Below the pieces are notes generated by a model, which had not been told where the DNA came from, searched no databases, and saw nothing but the letters and a program-made list of their open reading frames with translations. This document shows, one piece after another, positions 28,761 through 38,447 of a stretch of 53,784 nucleotides of DNA (positions within the stretch are counted from its first letter, which is position 1; the number at the start of each line of letters is the position of its first letter). A program made the position numbers and the translations under genes. The DNA comes from Elusimicrobiales bacterium (GTDB lineage Bacteria; Elusimicrobiota; Elusimicrobia; Elusimicrobiales; UBA9959): NCBI GenBank assembly GCA_049972095.1, contig JBMFKQ010000006.1, forward strand, positions 1-53,784, given 5' to 3'.

Positions 28761-30445
28761 TTTCCCTCCGATGATAAATTGCTATCAAAATGTGGTGGGG
28801 GTAAAAGTGGTGGCTTTTTGTTGGACTTTGGTGTCCTTTGAGTCTCTATCTCCGAGAAAAGTAAAGAGCCAGAAACAGCACTTACATCAACCCATCCAGA
28901 TTCAGCCCCACACACGCCATTAAAAACATCATAATCATCAGCCGCAGCAACTATCTTTGAAAATGTCTGAAGAGGAGTGCCTATCATATTAAGTCCCTTA
29001 ACAGGAATCTTCTTGCCATCAGGATATACAAGCACTGCATCCTTTATAAGTATGGTATAACTCTGAGGCATAGTTCTCTTTGTATAAGTATATCCTCCCT
29101 CAATATCATTTATTATAAGCCCATATGGTTTTCCAGATTTTCTTATAAGCTCAATAAGCCTTTTTTCAAGCTCATCATAGCTTAGAGGATTCTTAAATTC
29201 AGCAATTAGATTACCCTGTCTTGAAACAGTCATATAACCACTGCTTCTTCTTCCATGTCCGTTTGATCTCATAACCCCTCTAACAGGAACCCTCTGCATC
29301 AAAAAGTTCTTTAAAAGACCGTCTTTCACAAGAATTGTCCTTTCAGCCCTTACTCCTTCATCGTCATACAAATAATGTCCATTTAAAAATTTCCCAGCAT
29401 AATACTCAAGGGTTGGATCATCGTATATGCTTATAAAATCGGGCATTATTTGCTTTCCAAGTTTATCAGCAAATGTTAATCCTTCCTTTTCACCTTTTTG
29501 TCTATGCCCTTCTATTCTATGGCCAAATATCTCATGCCAAAAAACTGCAGCAGCCTTGTTTTTCAGTATAGCAGGGCCTGAGTATGGTGCAAGATTATCA
29601 GCATAAAGCTGTCTTTCTAAAACAGATACACCTTCATCAAAATCCCTTTTAATATCATTGAAATCAGGCATCTTTGATATGCTTTTAAAATAATACGATC
29701 TGTAGGATGATATATCAGTTCCATCAGATGTTCTTGAATAAAGGCTCCAGCTAAAAAGGTATTTTACACCTCCCTCAACTATGGATGTCCCTTGGGAATT
29801 AACTATATATCTTGATTGATTGGTATAAGTAAAATAGATATCTCCATCTATAAGAAATCTGTATTTTTTCATCTCAGCACCAAGCCTTTTCATCATCTCC
29901 TTTATCTTTTCATTATCAAAAAACTCATCCTCCTGTGTTTTGTAAAATGTTGAGAGTTCAACATCATATATGAAATCCCCTGATTTATCCTCTTCCTCAG
30001 CAGTTATATTTTTGTTTGCAATAACTCTTGTATATCTTTCAATTGCTCTTTTAAGTGTTTCATCTGTCAAGAGCCAAAGCTGTGTTTTTATAGCATCAGC
30101 ATCATAAGCAAGCTGTGCCTGTAAAAGATATCTTGAGTTATCATCATGATCATCAGATTTTATCTCATGTGTTGAGTCAAGCGTTGTGCTTCCAACTCTA
30201 ACATCACAAACAGCAACTACATATGAATAGCTGCTTTGAGAAAGTTGTGAGTCCATCTTAACCGACATACTAAGACCGCTCTTTTTCCATGCCTCATAGC
30301 CTATGAAATAAATCGGATATTCAGTTTTACCTTTTATCTCCTGCTCAAATCTTAAAAGCTCATCTTTCATCGCAGAAAGCAAGATGTCCTGCGCATTAAG
30401 AGAAAAACTGAAAAGCAAAAATAAAATTGCACCCATAAGATTCAT
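28757..30445 (-). CDS. tldD: TldD-family metalloprotease with signal peptide
   Basis: HEIFGHRIEG, YDDEGV, SNGHGR and GVCGAESG motifs. Confidence 0.82.
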   Translation of the reverse strand: MNLMGAILFLLFSFSLNAQDILLSAMKDELLRFEQEIKGKTEYPIYFIGYEAWKKSGLSMSVKMDSQLSQSSYSYVVAVCDVRVGSTTLDSTHEIKSDDHDDNSRYLLQAQLAYDADAIKTQLWLLTDETLKRAIERYTRVIANKNITAEEEDKSGDFIYDVELSTFYKTQEDEFFDNEKIKEMMKRLGAEMKKYRFLIDGDIYFTYTNQSRYIVNSQGTSIVEGGVKYLFSWSLYSRTSDGTDISSYRSYYFKSISKMPDFNDIKRDFDEGVSVLERQLYADNLAPYSGPAILKNKAAAVFWHEIFGHRIEGHRQKGEKEGLTFADKLGKQIMPDFISIYDDPTLEYYAGKFLNGHYLYDDEGVRAERTILVKDGLLKNFLMQRVPVRGVMRSNGHGRRSSGYMTVSRQGNLIAEFKNPLSYDELEKRLIELIRKSGKPYGLIINDIEGGYTYTKRTMPQSYTILIKDAVLVYPDGKKIPVKGLNMIGTPLQTFSKIVAAADDYDVFNGVCGAESGWVDVSAVSGSLLFSEIETQRTPKSNKKPPLLPPPHFDSNLSSEGK

Positions 30446-30561
30446 TACTCCTCCCTCTCATCACAAACAACCTCATCAACTACATAAACCTCACATATAT
30501 TATCTTCATAAAGAGATTTTACAATATTATCAAGCTCAAAATTTTATATAATATATTAGCC

Positions 30562-30635
30562 GGGCCCGTAGCTCAGTTGGTCAGAGCAATCCGCTCATAA
30601 CGGATGGGTCGTAGGTTCAAGTCCTACCGGGCCCA
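30562..30635 (+). tRNA. tRNA with CAT anticodon, probably tRNA-Ile2 (lysidine type); CCA not encoded
   Basis: GGGCCCG/CGGGCCC acceptor stem, ATCCG-CTCATAA-CGGAT anticodon arm and GTTCAAG T-loop. TATAAT at 30547-30552. Lacks initiator features. Confidence 0.9.
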
Positions 30636-30647
30636 CGAAAGATAAAA

Positions 30648-31670
30648 TCACCTTATCTCGGATGCCTTACCATTATCATCGTACATAAATCTTTTTACTT
30701 CAACTCCACCATCCAAAACTATCAGTGAGACAGGCCAGTTTGACAAAAACTCAAAAGTAAGCTTTAATTTTGAGTCCTCCACTATTATGCTACCATCTGG
30801 AATCTTTCCTGTTATATCAACAATATTGAAAGATGAATCGTAAATAAAGCTCCCTGTATATTTTGAGTTAAAATTTACAAAAACCTTCTTCCCTCTTGCG
30901 ATATTCAAAACTTTTGTTGTTATGTTACTTTTTATATCTGCTTTTTTATTATCTTCTTTTTTTTCATAATGCTCTTGAGAGATAGCTGATGGTGTTGATG
31001 GTGATATAGGCATCATCTCAGCATCTGCCTTTTTCACAATACTATCAACCATTTTCCCTGAGGAATACAAAACCTTTGTTTTTATATTTCCATCAGCATC
31101 ATACTCAATGGAAAAACCATCAAGAAGACCATTAGTGTATGTCTGCTCAAGGATAGGCCTTGACTCATCAGAGTAATAAATAGCCTTACCATTTATCTTG
31201 CCATCTTTAAAATCTATCCTTGCCTTAACTCCACCATTAGGATAAAACTCTATAAGCGGACCGTTTTCAAAACCATTTCTTATTGTTCTTTCAGAAAGTA
31301 AATTACCATCTGAATCATATTCATAATATATCCCATCACTAATCAAACCAGATGATGATATCATAACACCATCATTTGAAAAAAACTGACTTGCTGAAAG
31401 AACACTTCCTTCATAAAAGTTTTTCACATATCCTTCGCTAGACTTTTTTATTTCAATCCTCAGATTAACATTATCAGGAATTCTCAACTCCTCTGATTTC
31501 TTTAAAATATCATCCTTAGGGATACTTAAAACCCCATATTTTGTCCTTACAACATAATAGTTATCCATCTCACCCTCAAAGTCTCCAAATATAACAGTTC
31601 CATCTCTAAGGTGAATCTCTTCTGAATGAAAATAGTTAGTAAAAATCAACATTAAGAAGATAAGAAACAT
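30648..31670 (-). CDS. Exported MORN/YwqK-repeat protein
   Basis: Signal peptide; repeats such as EYDSDGNL, EFYPNGGVK and EYDADGNIK. Confidence 0.7.
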   Translation of the reverse strand: MFLIFLMLIFTNYFHSEEIHLRDGTVIFGDFEGEMDNYYVVRTKYGVLSIPKDDILKKSEELRIPDNVNLRIEIKKSSEGYVKNFYEGSVLSASQFFSNDGVMISSSGLISDGIYYEYDSDGNLLSERTIRNGFENGPLIEFYPNGGVKARIDFKDGKINGKAIYYSDESRPILEQTYTNGLLDGFSIEYDADGNIKTKVLYSSGKMVDSIVKKADAEMMPISPSTPSAISQEHYEKKEDNKKADIKSNITTKVLNIARGKKVFVNFNSKYTGSFIYDSSFNIVDITGKIPDGSIIVEDSKLKLTFEFLSNWPVSLIVLDGGVEVKRFMYDDNGKASEIR

Positions 31671-31699
31671 AAATTACCTCCCGATTATATAATACAAAA

Positions 31700-32905
31700 T
31701 CAATGATAGTGGTGTGTCTTATGAGTCTTTATCTCAAATAACTCTTTACCTTCCGCAAAAGGTGATATATCTCTAAGTTTTTTTATAACATCTACAAGAA
31801 TATCAACAAGATATCTTACATCATCTTCAGTGTTGTATATACTCAATGAAAATCTAACAGTTCCATGTGCATATATCATAGGTATTCTCATTGCCATCAA
31901 CACATGTGATGGTTCAAGAGAGCCACTGGAACACGCTGATCCTGTTGAAGCACATATTCCTTTCTCACTTAACATCAGTATTATTGACTCACCCTCAACA
32001 TATCCAAAACTTATGCTTGATGTGTTTGGAAGCCTTGGGGCATTTTTTCCATTTATTCTAATATTGTCAATCCTTGAAAAAACACTTTCTTCAATCATAT
32101 CCCTTAGTTTTCTAACATAGTTATTTTCTCTCTCCATATTAATCTTTGCAAGCTCACACGCCTTACCAAGCCCAACTATGTAAGGGACATTCTCAGTTCC
32201 AGCGCGCCTTCCTCTTTCCTGATGACCACCTAACATAAAAGGCACAAAGGGAGTTGATTTTCTAACATAAAGAAAACCTATCCCCTTTGGGGCATGGAGT
32301 TTATGAGCTGATGCAGAAAGCATATCTATCTTATTTGATGCCATATTTATTGGGATCTTCCCTACTGCCTGAACTGCGTCGGTATGAAAAATAACACCCT
32401 TTTTCTTACATATCTCAGCTATCTCCTCAACAGGATATATAACCCCTGTTTCATTATTTGCCCACATAACACTTACAACTGCTGTGTCAAAAGTTATTGC
32501 CCTTTCAAGTTCATTCATATCAAGCATACCATCCTCATTAACACTAAGATAACTAACACGATATCCTTGTGTTTCAAGATATCTACAAAGATTTAAAACA
32601 GATGGATGCTCAACAGATGTTGTGACAATATGCTTTTTATCAGGGTTTGATCTAATAGCAGAGTATATTGCAGTTGAATTACTTTCTGTACCACAGCTTG
32701 TAAAAATTATTTCTTGAGGATTTGCTCCTATTAAAGATGCAACCTTCTCCCTTGCATCATCAATGTATTTCTGAACCTGTCCTCCAAAAAAATGCATGCT
32801 TGATGGATTTCCATATAACTGACTGAAAAACCTATCCATCTCCAACTTAACATCATCTGCAACCCTTGTTGTTGCATTATTGTCAAGATAAACAACCCTT
32901 TCCAT
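31700..32905 (-). CDS. nifS: Cysteine desulfurase NifS
   Basis: YLDNNATT, HTDAVQ, SAHKLH and GSACSSG motifs; GGAGG SD before ATG 32905. Confidence 0.92.
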   Translation of the reverse strand: MERVVYLDNNATTRVADDVKLEMDRFFSQLYGNPSSMHFFGGQVQKYIDDAREKVASLIGANPQEIIFTSCGTESNSTAIYSAIRSNPDKKHIVTTSVEHPSVLNLCRYLETQGYRVSYLSVNEDGMLDMNELERAITFDTAVVSVMWANNETGVIYPVEEIAEICKKKGVIFHTDAVQAVGKIPINMASNKIDMLSASAHKLHAPKGIGFLYVRKSTPFVPFMLGGHQERGRRAGTENVPYIVGLGKACELAKINMERENNYVRKLRDMIEESVFSRIDNIRINGKNAPRLPNTSSISFGYVEGESIILMLSEKGICASTGSACSSGSLEPSHVLMAMRIPMIYAHGTVRFSLSIYNTEDDVRYLVDILVDVIKKLRDISPFAEGKELFEIKTHKTHHYH

Positions 32906-32916
32906 AAAATCCTCCG

Positions 32917-33750
32917 TCAAACAAGCTCAATTCTTATATCACCACCAATCTTTTCCTTAAGCGTTTTTTCAACAATTGATGAAAAGGTATTAGAAGATAG
33001 AGCACAGCTTCTACATGCCCCAAGAAACCTAAGCTTTATAATATTTCCCTCAATATCAATAAGCTCAATAAAGCCACCATCCTCTTTTAGCTTTGGATTT
33101 ATATCCTGGCTTAAAATCCTTTCAACAATCTTTATCTTTTCGACATTCGTCATCCTTAAAAAATCAAGCCTCTCCTTTCCAGCCCAAAAGTCTTTTATTA
33201 TCTTTTCTATTTCACCCTTACATCTTCCACAACCACCGCCTGCCTTTGTAAAGTGAGTGACCTCATCAACGCTTTTTAAATTATTCACCTCAATCGCTTT
33301 AAGTATTGTTTTTTCACTAACATTAAAACATTTACAAACTATTCTGTACTGCTCTCCAATAATTCTCTTAATCCCTTTTTTAGTATAGTAGTTTTCTATT
33401 GCTGCCTCCAAAGCCTCCATTCCCATAACAGAGCAGTGCATCTTCTGCTGTGGTAAACCGCCAAGAAAGTTTGCTATATCCTGATTTGTTATCCTTGCTG
33501 CCTCCTCTATTGTCTTTCCAATAATCATCTCGGTTAATGCACTTGAGGATGCAATAGCACTTGCGCAACCAAATGTCTTAAACTTTGCATCAAGTATAAT
33601 ATGCGTTTTGGGGTCAATTTTAAGGGTAAGCTTCAAAGCATCTCCACAAACAATACTTCCAACCTCCCCAATAGCATCAGCATCCTCAATCTCACCAACA
33701 TTTTTAGGGTTTCTAAAATACTCCATCATCCTCTCACTATAGTTCCACAT
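32917..33750 (-). CDS. nifU: Three-domain Fe-S scaffold NifU
   Basis: IscU domain (CGD, FGC, KMHC), central CKC...CGRC domain and C-terminal Nfu CRSC. Confidence 0.92.
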   Translation of the reverse strand: MWNYSERMMEYFRNPKNVGEIEDADAIGEVGSIVCGDALKLTLKIDPKTHIILDAKFKTFGCASAIASSSALTEMIIGKTIEEAARITNQDIANFLGGLPQQKMHCSVMGMEALEAAIENYYTKKGIKRIIGEQYRIVCKCFNVSEKTILKAIEVNNLKSVDEVTHFTKAGGGCGRCKGEIEKIIKDFWAGKERLDFLRMTNVEKIKIVERILSQDINPKLKEDGGFIELIDIEGNIIKLRFLGACRSCALSSNTFSSIVEKTLKEKIGGDIRIELV

Positions 33751-33957
33751 AAAAATCCCTCTTAAGTATATCTTACTAAACTAACTCAATATATAGTCAA
33801 ATAACCCCTATATTCTTCCTCTCAATGACTGAACCCTTTACTCCTATAACAGTGTGAAACCTCCATACACAAAGAATCTTAAAGATATAATGACAAAAGT
33901 GATGAAAAAAACCATAAAACAATAGAAAACTTTAAATCTAATGACATCCTTTAATCA

Positions 33958-34678
33958 TTAAGCTTTAATATCATCCAAGGATTTGTTATCAATATAAGAT
34001 GCAAGTTTAAGTAACTTTGCATAATAATCTGCTATTAAATTATAGCTACTATAAACCTCAAACTTCTTATCTAAACTAATATATCTTTCATCACTTAAAA
34101 CAAAAGATGAATCTGATTTTTTAGTTAAACTACTATCACCTTTTGATTCTTCAGTGCAAATATTATCTGAATCTGACGCTTCAATTAATTCATTAGGTTG
34201 CTTTGTATAAATTCTATTTCCCTTAATCTCAGATTTATTTAGCTTGCCATCTATACCAATCTCTTTAATCTTTCTTAAAACCTCATCTATATCAGCATTA
34301 ATCAATTCATAATAGAAAACCTCTGCATAAATTCTATTTCCCTTAATCTCAAATTTATTTAGTTTCTTGATATTTATACCAATCTCATCAATCTTTTCCA
34401 AAACCTCATCCATATTAGCAACTATTCTATTACCATCTTTTTTAACCTCAATCCCTTTTGGATTATCTATCTTGAAATAAAAATTAATAGTTGGGCGGTA
34501 AAAAGCAAATAATTTTATATTGATATATCCCTCAAACCCTCCACTAAATCTAATATCATTCCATATTCCACCACTATAAAAAGTTAGTCTCAACAAATTG
34601 AAAAATAATTACAAGAATCAAAAAAAACATAACTATTCCCATAACGGATAAAATAAAATCTTCTACACCCTTTTTCAT
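33958..34678 (-). pseudogene. Frameshifted membrane-anchored hypothetical gene with internal 120-bp duplication
   Basis: ATG 34678 gives MKKGVEDFILSVMGIVMFFLILVIIFQFVETNFL-stop, one base out of frame with the 212-aa ORF. T-runs lie at the junction. Confidence 0.5.
34185..34420. repeat. Imperfect tandem duplication, period about 120 bp
   Basis: ATAAATTCTATTTCCCTTAATCTCA occurs at 34207 and 34327. The protein repeat is DEVLxKIxEIGI...KLNKxEIKGNRIY. Confidence 0.85.
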
Positions 34679-34687
34679 AAAGATTAT

Positions 34688-35566
34688 TTAATCCTTTATA
34701 TTATAAATAAGAAGTTTTCTTGATAATAGAAGAGTTATCCAACTTAAGATAAGCATTAAAAAAACACCTATCACTATAACCCTTTTTGCCCATCTTGATA
34801 GCTGTGGGTCATCTACAGTATCTGTGTCAATGATGTTGTAAGCCCACCATTTGGTGTTTTCTATATTGTAAATGGATATAAGATGATCCTTCAAGCCAAT
34901 CTTTATAATTCCTCTGTAGTTAAACCTTGACTGAGATATAAGGCTTTTTATAAGCTCTTTAATCTCTGATGGAGTTGAATTTCTATCAAGTAGATAATCA
35001 TATGATGAGTCATATATAACATTAAAATCAGCATCACAGATATAAAAAACACCTTCAACCTTTGAAACATATGGCATTATCTTTGATATCAGATATCCAA
35101 GGTCAGTTCGGTAAAGTATGTAATAATCAGAAATCTTTGCCCCCATAACAAGATCCGCGGGTTTGTCTGAAGGATACTCAACAACACCTTGAGGCATATC
35201 CGAGTTTTTTAGGCTATCAAGTATCCTTTTATAGCCGTTTTTAAGAAACCCATCGGATGATATCTTTTTAAAACTTTTATCATAGATAGCCCACTCTCTT
35301 AAAACCCGCCCCTTTTTTGACTTTAAAAGCAATGCTATATCACTAACAGATGCAGGTTTTTTATAAACAACTATGTTATATTCATTTTCAAGAATAAATG
35401 AAGCATACCAGCTTATTGAGGATACGATATTGTCTGATCTAAAAAGTGATGCACTTAAAGCCATACTTTTTACACTATTTTTAAAATGTCCTGCAAGTAT
35501 TAAAAAAGGTATAAGAAAGATTACCCATACAACCACAACAAAAACAACCTTTCTTTTAACACTCAT
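34688..35566 (-). CDS. Two-TM protein with extracytoplasmic Cache-like domain, no cytoplasmic output
   Basis: N- and C-terminal TM helices around about 220 aa with FYICDADFNVIY and IENTKW patterns. Confidence 0.5.
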   Translation of the reverse strand: MSVKRKVVFVVVVWVIFLIPFLILAGHFKNSVKSMALSASLFRSDNIVSSISWYASFILENEYNIVVYKKPASVSDIALLLKSKKGRVLREWAIYDKSFKKISSDGFLKNGYKRILDSLKNSDMPQGVVEYPSDKPADLVMGAKISDYYILYRTDLGYLISKIMPYVSKVEGVFYICDADFNVIYDSSYDYLLDRNSTPSEIKELIKSLISQSRFNYRGIIKIGLKDHLISIYNIENTKWWAYNIIDTDTVDDPQLSRWAKRVIVIGVFLMLILSWITLLLSRKLLIYNIKD

Positions 35567-35575
35567 CTATCCTCC

Positions 35576-36862
35576 TTATCTCCTATCAAGTATTGCAAGG
35601 CTTTCAGCATGTGGTGTATTTGGATAAAAATCAAAGCCGTAGAAATTTACCAATCTATATCTCTCAAGAAGATAAACCAGATCCCTTCCTTGAGTTATAG
35701 GATTACAGGAAAGGTATATTATCTTATATGGGAGTGCTGTCATTATCTTCTTTATAAGATGCTTATGCAAACCAGCACGCGGTGGGTCAAGAATAACACA
35801 GGCATTCTCAATCATATCAACATCTATATTCTCGCTTGGCATACAAAAAGCAGTTATATTCTTGTCAACACAATTACTGTCTGCATTCATCTGCAAAAAC
35901 TTAAAAGATGCTTGCGATGCTTCAACAAGAAAAACATTATTCACATCCTCAGCAACAGAAATACCTATAACACCAACACCTGAGTATAAATCAACAACCT
36001 TATTAAATTTGCTTGCCTCATCTTTTATTATCTCAATAACCTTTGAGAAAAGAGCAAGATTATTCTGAAAGAAACAGTCAAATCTATACAAGAAAAGCTT
36101 ATTTAGTATCTTTTCTTTTAGCACATCACAACCATCTGAATATATTATACCATCAACTGAAGATACTGGACTTTGAGGTCTTGAATAAACATTTATATGC
36201 CCTTTATGAAATGGCAATGAAAGTCTAATATTATTAGAAAAACTGCTATCCTTTACAAATAATGCACTTATAACAGAATCATCATAAAAAGAGTATCTTA
36301 TAATAAGGGCCTTAAGAGGAGATAAATCCTTTCCTGAATCATTCAGCTGTTTAACAACATCAAGGGCTACAGAGTTTGCTTTTTCATTTATAAGAATGCA
36401 GCCATTATTAAGAGGAAGCTTTATAGAATAATCACCCCTTTTATGAAAAGCAAGAGATATCGTGCCATTAATATGACTAAAGCTATATTCCATTTTTGTC
36501 CTGTAAGCCCATATTTTTTCTGCTTTATAAAAATCAGTAAAGTTCACTACCTCTTTCATTGATTGATAAAGTCCATCAATAATTATTCTCTTTTTATACT
36601 CAACCTGCTTTTCATAATCAATTATCTGCCACGGGGAGCATGAAAGAAAATGCCCCTCACAAGGTTCTATCCTATATGGACTTTTTGAAATAACCTCAAT
36701 AACCTCGCCTTCAATATAATCTTTTTTCTCGATAGTTTTTTTTATCCTTGCCTTTTCACCAGGCAAAACCCCGTAAGCAAAAACAACCTTTCCATCCTTT
36801 CTTCCAAGAGCCTTACCCTCATATACCATCTTATCAAACTCAACCTCTAATATATCATCCAT
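35576..36862 (-). CDS. rlmD: TRAM-domain RNA (uracil-C5)-methyltransferase
   Basis: N-terminal TRAM; FFQNN, DLYSGVG, DPPRAG, YLSCNP and DFYPNTPHAE motifs. Confidence 0.85.
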   Translation of the reverse strand: MDDILEVEFDKMVYEGKALGRKDGKVVFAYGVLPGEKARIKKTIEKKDYIEGEVIEVISKSPYRIEPCEGHFLSCSPWQIIDYEKQVEYKKRIIIDGLYQSMKEVVNFTDFYKAEKIWAYRTKMEYSFSHINGTISLAFHKRGDYSIKLPLNNGCILINEKANSVALDVVKQLNDSGKDLSPLKALIIRYSFYDDSVISALFVKDSSFSNNIRLSLPFHKGHINVYSRPQSPVSSVDGIIYSDGCDVLKEKILNKLFLYRFDCFFQNNLALFSKVIEIIKDEASKFNKVVDLYSGVGVIGISVAEDVNNVFLVEASQASFKFLQMNADSNCVDKNITAFCMPSENIDVDMIENACVILDPPRAGLHKHLIKKIMTALPYKIIYLSCNPITQGRDLVYLLERYRLVNFYGFDFYPNTPHAESLAILDRR

Positions 36863-36880
36863 AAAGAATAATATACAAAA

Positions 36881-36948
36881 TTTAGGACCAAAGACCTAAA
36901 TCCAAATGGCAAATAGACCTTGATATGTCAATAAATCTATATTAAGAT
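36881..36948 (+). promoter_or_regulatory. Palindromic box plus sigma70 promoter for clostripain paralogue 2
   Basis: TTTAGGACCAAAGACCTAAA (36881-36900), then TTGATA (36920-36925), N17, TAAGAT (36943-36948). Confidence 0.55.
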
Positions 36949-36966
36949 GTTTTAAAAGGAGGGATT

Positions 36967-38397
36967 ATGAAAATCATTTTAATGATCCTTATCGCAGCAA
37001 ATCTACTTTCATCCGAAGATCTTTATCAGATATCAAGAAAAACAATAAATGAAAAAGAGATATCCATCCCAAAACCAGTGTTAGAAAACGCTCAAGATCT
37101 GGCAAATCAGGCTTATAATTTTGCGTTTCAGATAATAGAGGAAGGACAAAATATAATAAAAGATTTAACAATATCAAACCCAAGAAGGGAGCTAACCATA
37201 ATGGTTTATATAAATGCTAAAAGTGATCTGGAAGATGAGGGACTTATGAATGTCAATGATATGGAAAGAATAGGCTCAACAAAAGATGTGAATATAATAG
37301 TAGAATTTGGAAGAATGAACGGGCAGGAAGGTGATACTCATGCCGATGGAGATTGGGTTGGGATAAAAAGGTATTACATAAAGAAGGATTCAGATATACA
37401 TAAAATAAACTCAGTTGTGGTTTACTCAAAAATAGGACCAAAGAGATATGATATGGGAGATTTCAAAAAAGTTATAGATTTTGTAAAATGGACAAAAAAT
37501 AAATTCCCTGCAAACAGATATATCCTTATACTTTGGAATCACGGCACCGGTTGGCTTGATCCCCAAAAAAGAAAGGTATCAAGAGGAATATCATTTGATT
37601 GGGAAACAGGCAACTACATAACAACAGAGGAGATAGGCAATATAGTGAGATCAGTTGGAGGGGTTGATATACTTGCCTTTGATGCATGCTTGATGCAGAC
37701 AGCCGAGGTGCTTGCTGAGGTCAAGGATTATACAAAGGTTGTTATAGGTTCGGAAGAAGTAGTTCCTGGATATGGATATCCTTATGCACTTTTTCTTGAT
37801 GCGATAGTTAAAAATCCAAATATGTCAGATGAAGAGATAGCAGCAACAGTTGTAAAAGCATTTAAAACATTCTACAGCTATGTAGAAATACCAGCGACAC
37901 TTTCAGCTATTAGATCAGATAAAATCAAAGGACTTTTTGATAGAATGAGAGAGTTTTCAAAGGCTGCAATGGAAGCAGATGAGATTGAAGCAGTTAAGAA
38001 GGCAAGAAAGAATGTTATAAGATATGATATATTTGACAAGGTTGATCCAGACAAAACTATCTCATTCTTTGGGGATCTTTCTGACTTTGCAAGAATTGTG
38101 AGCGAAAACATATCAAGGCATGATGAAAGATCCAAGATTCTTAAGTCAAAAGCTAACCAGCTTATAAGCTATATAGATAGAGAGCTTGTTATTGCAAGAG
38201 AAAGCTTCGGCGCAGAGAAAACAGGAAAACCACTTTCACTTAGCAAAGGGGTTAGTGTCTACATCCCTCCCGTTATGACATCAATAACATATGAAAGAAT
38301 TGATTCAACATTTAACCATCCCTACTCAGACTTTAGGTTTGCAAAGGAAAGTGGATGGGATGTTTTTGTTAGGTTTGTATACGAAAAAGCAAAGTAG
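36967..38397 (+). CDS. Secreted clostripain-family (C11) cysteine peptidase, paralogue 2
   Basis: Signal peptide; LILWNHGTGW, FDACLM and GSEE motifs. Confidence 0.87.
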   Translation: MKIILMILIAANLLSSEDLYQISRKTINEKEISIPKPVLENAQDLANQAYNFAFQIIEEGQNIIKDLTISNPRRELTIMVYINAKSDLEDEGLMNVNDMERIGSTKDVNIIVEFGRMNGQEGDTHADGDWVGIKRYYIKKDSDIHKINSVVVYSKIGPKRYDMGDFKKVIDFVKWTKNKFPANRYILILWNHGTGWLDPQKRKVSRGISFDWETGNYITTEEIGNIVRSVGGVDILAFDACLMQTAEVLAEVKDYTKVVIGSEEVVPGYGYPYALFLDAIVKNPNMSDEEIAATVVKAFKTFYSYVEIPATLSAIRSDKIKGLFDRMREFSKAAMEADEIEAVKKARKNVIRYDIFDKVDPDKTISFFGDLSDFARIVSENISRHDERSKILKSKANQLISYIDRELVIARESFGAEKTGKPLSLSKGVSVYIPPVMTSITYERIDSTFNHPYSDFRFAKESGWDVFVRFVYEKAK

Positions 38398-38447
38398 CAA
38401 TCTCTCTAAAAAAATTTAGTGAAGAGAGTTTAATAAATTACCTCTGT

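Noticed and set aside
30648..31670. YwqK-like protein as a toxin-antitoxin component
   Set aside because: No adjacent toxin; it has a signal peptide, and MORN-like repeats are generic.
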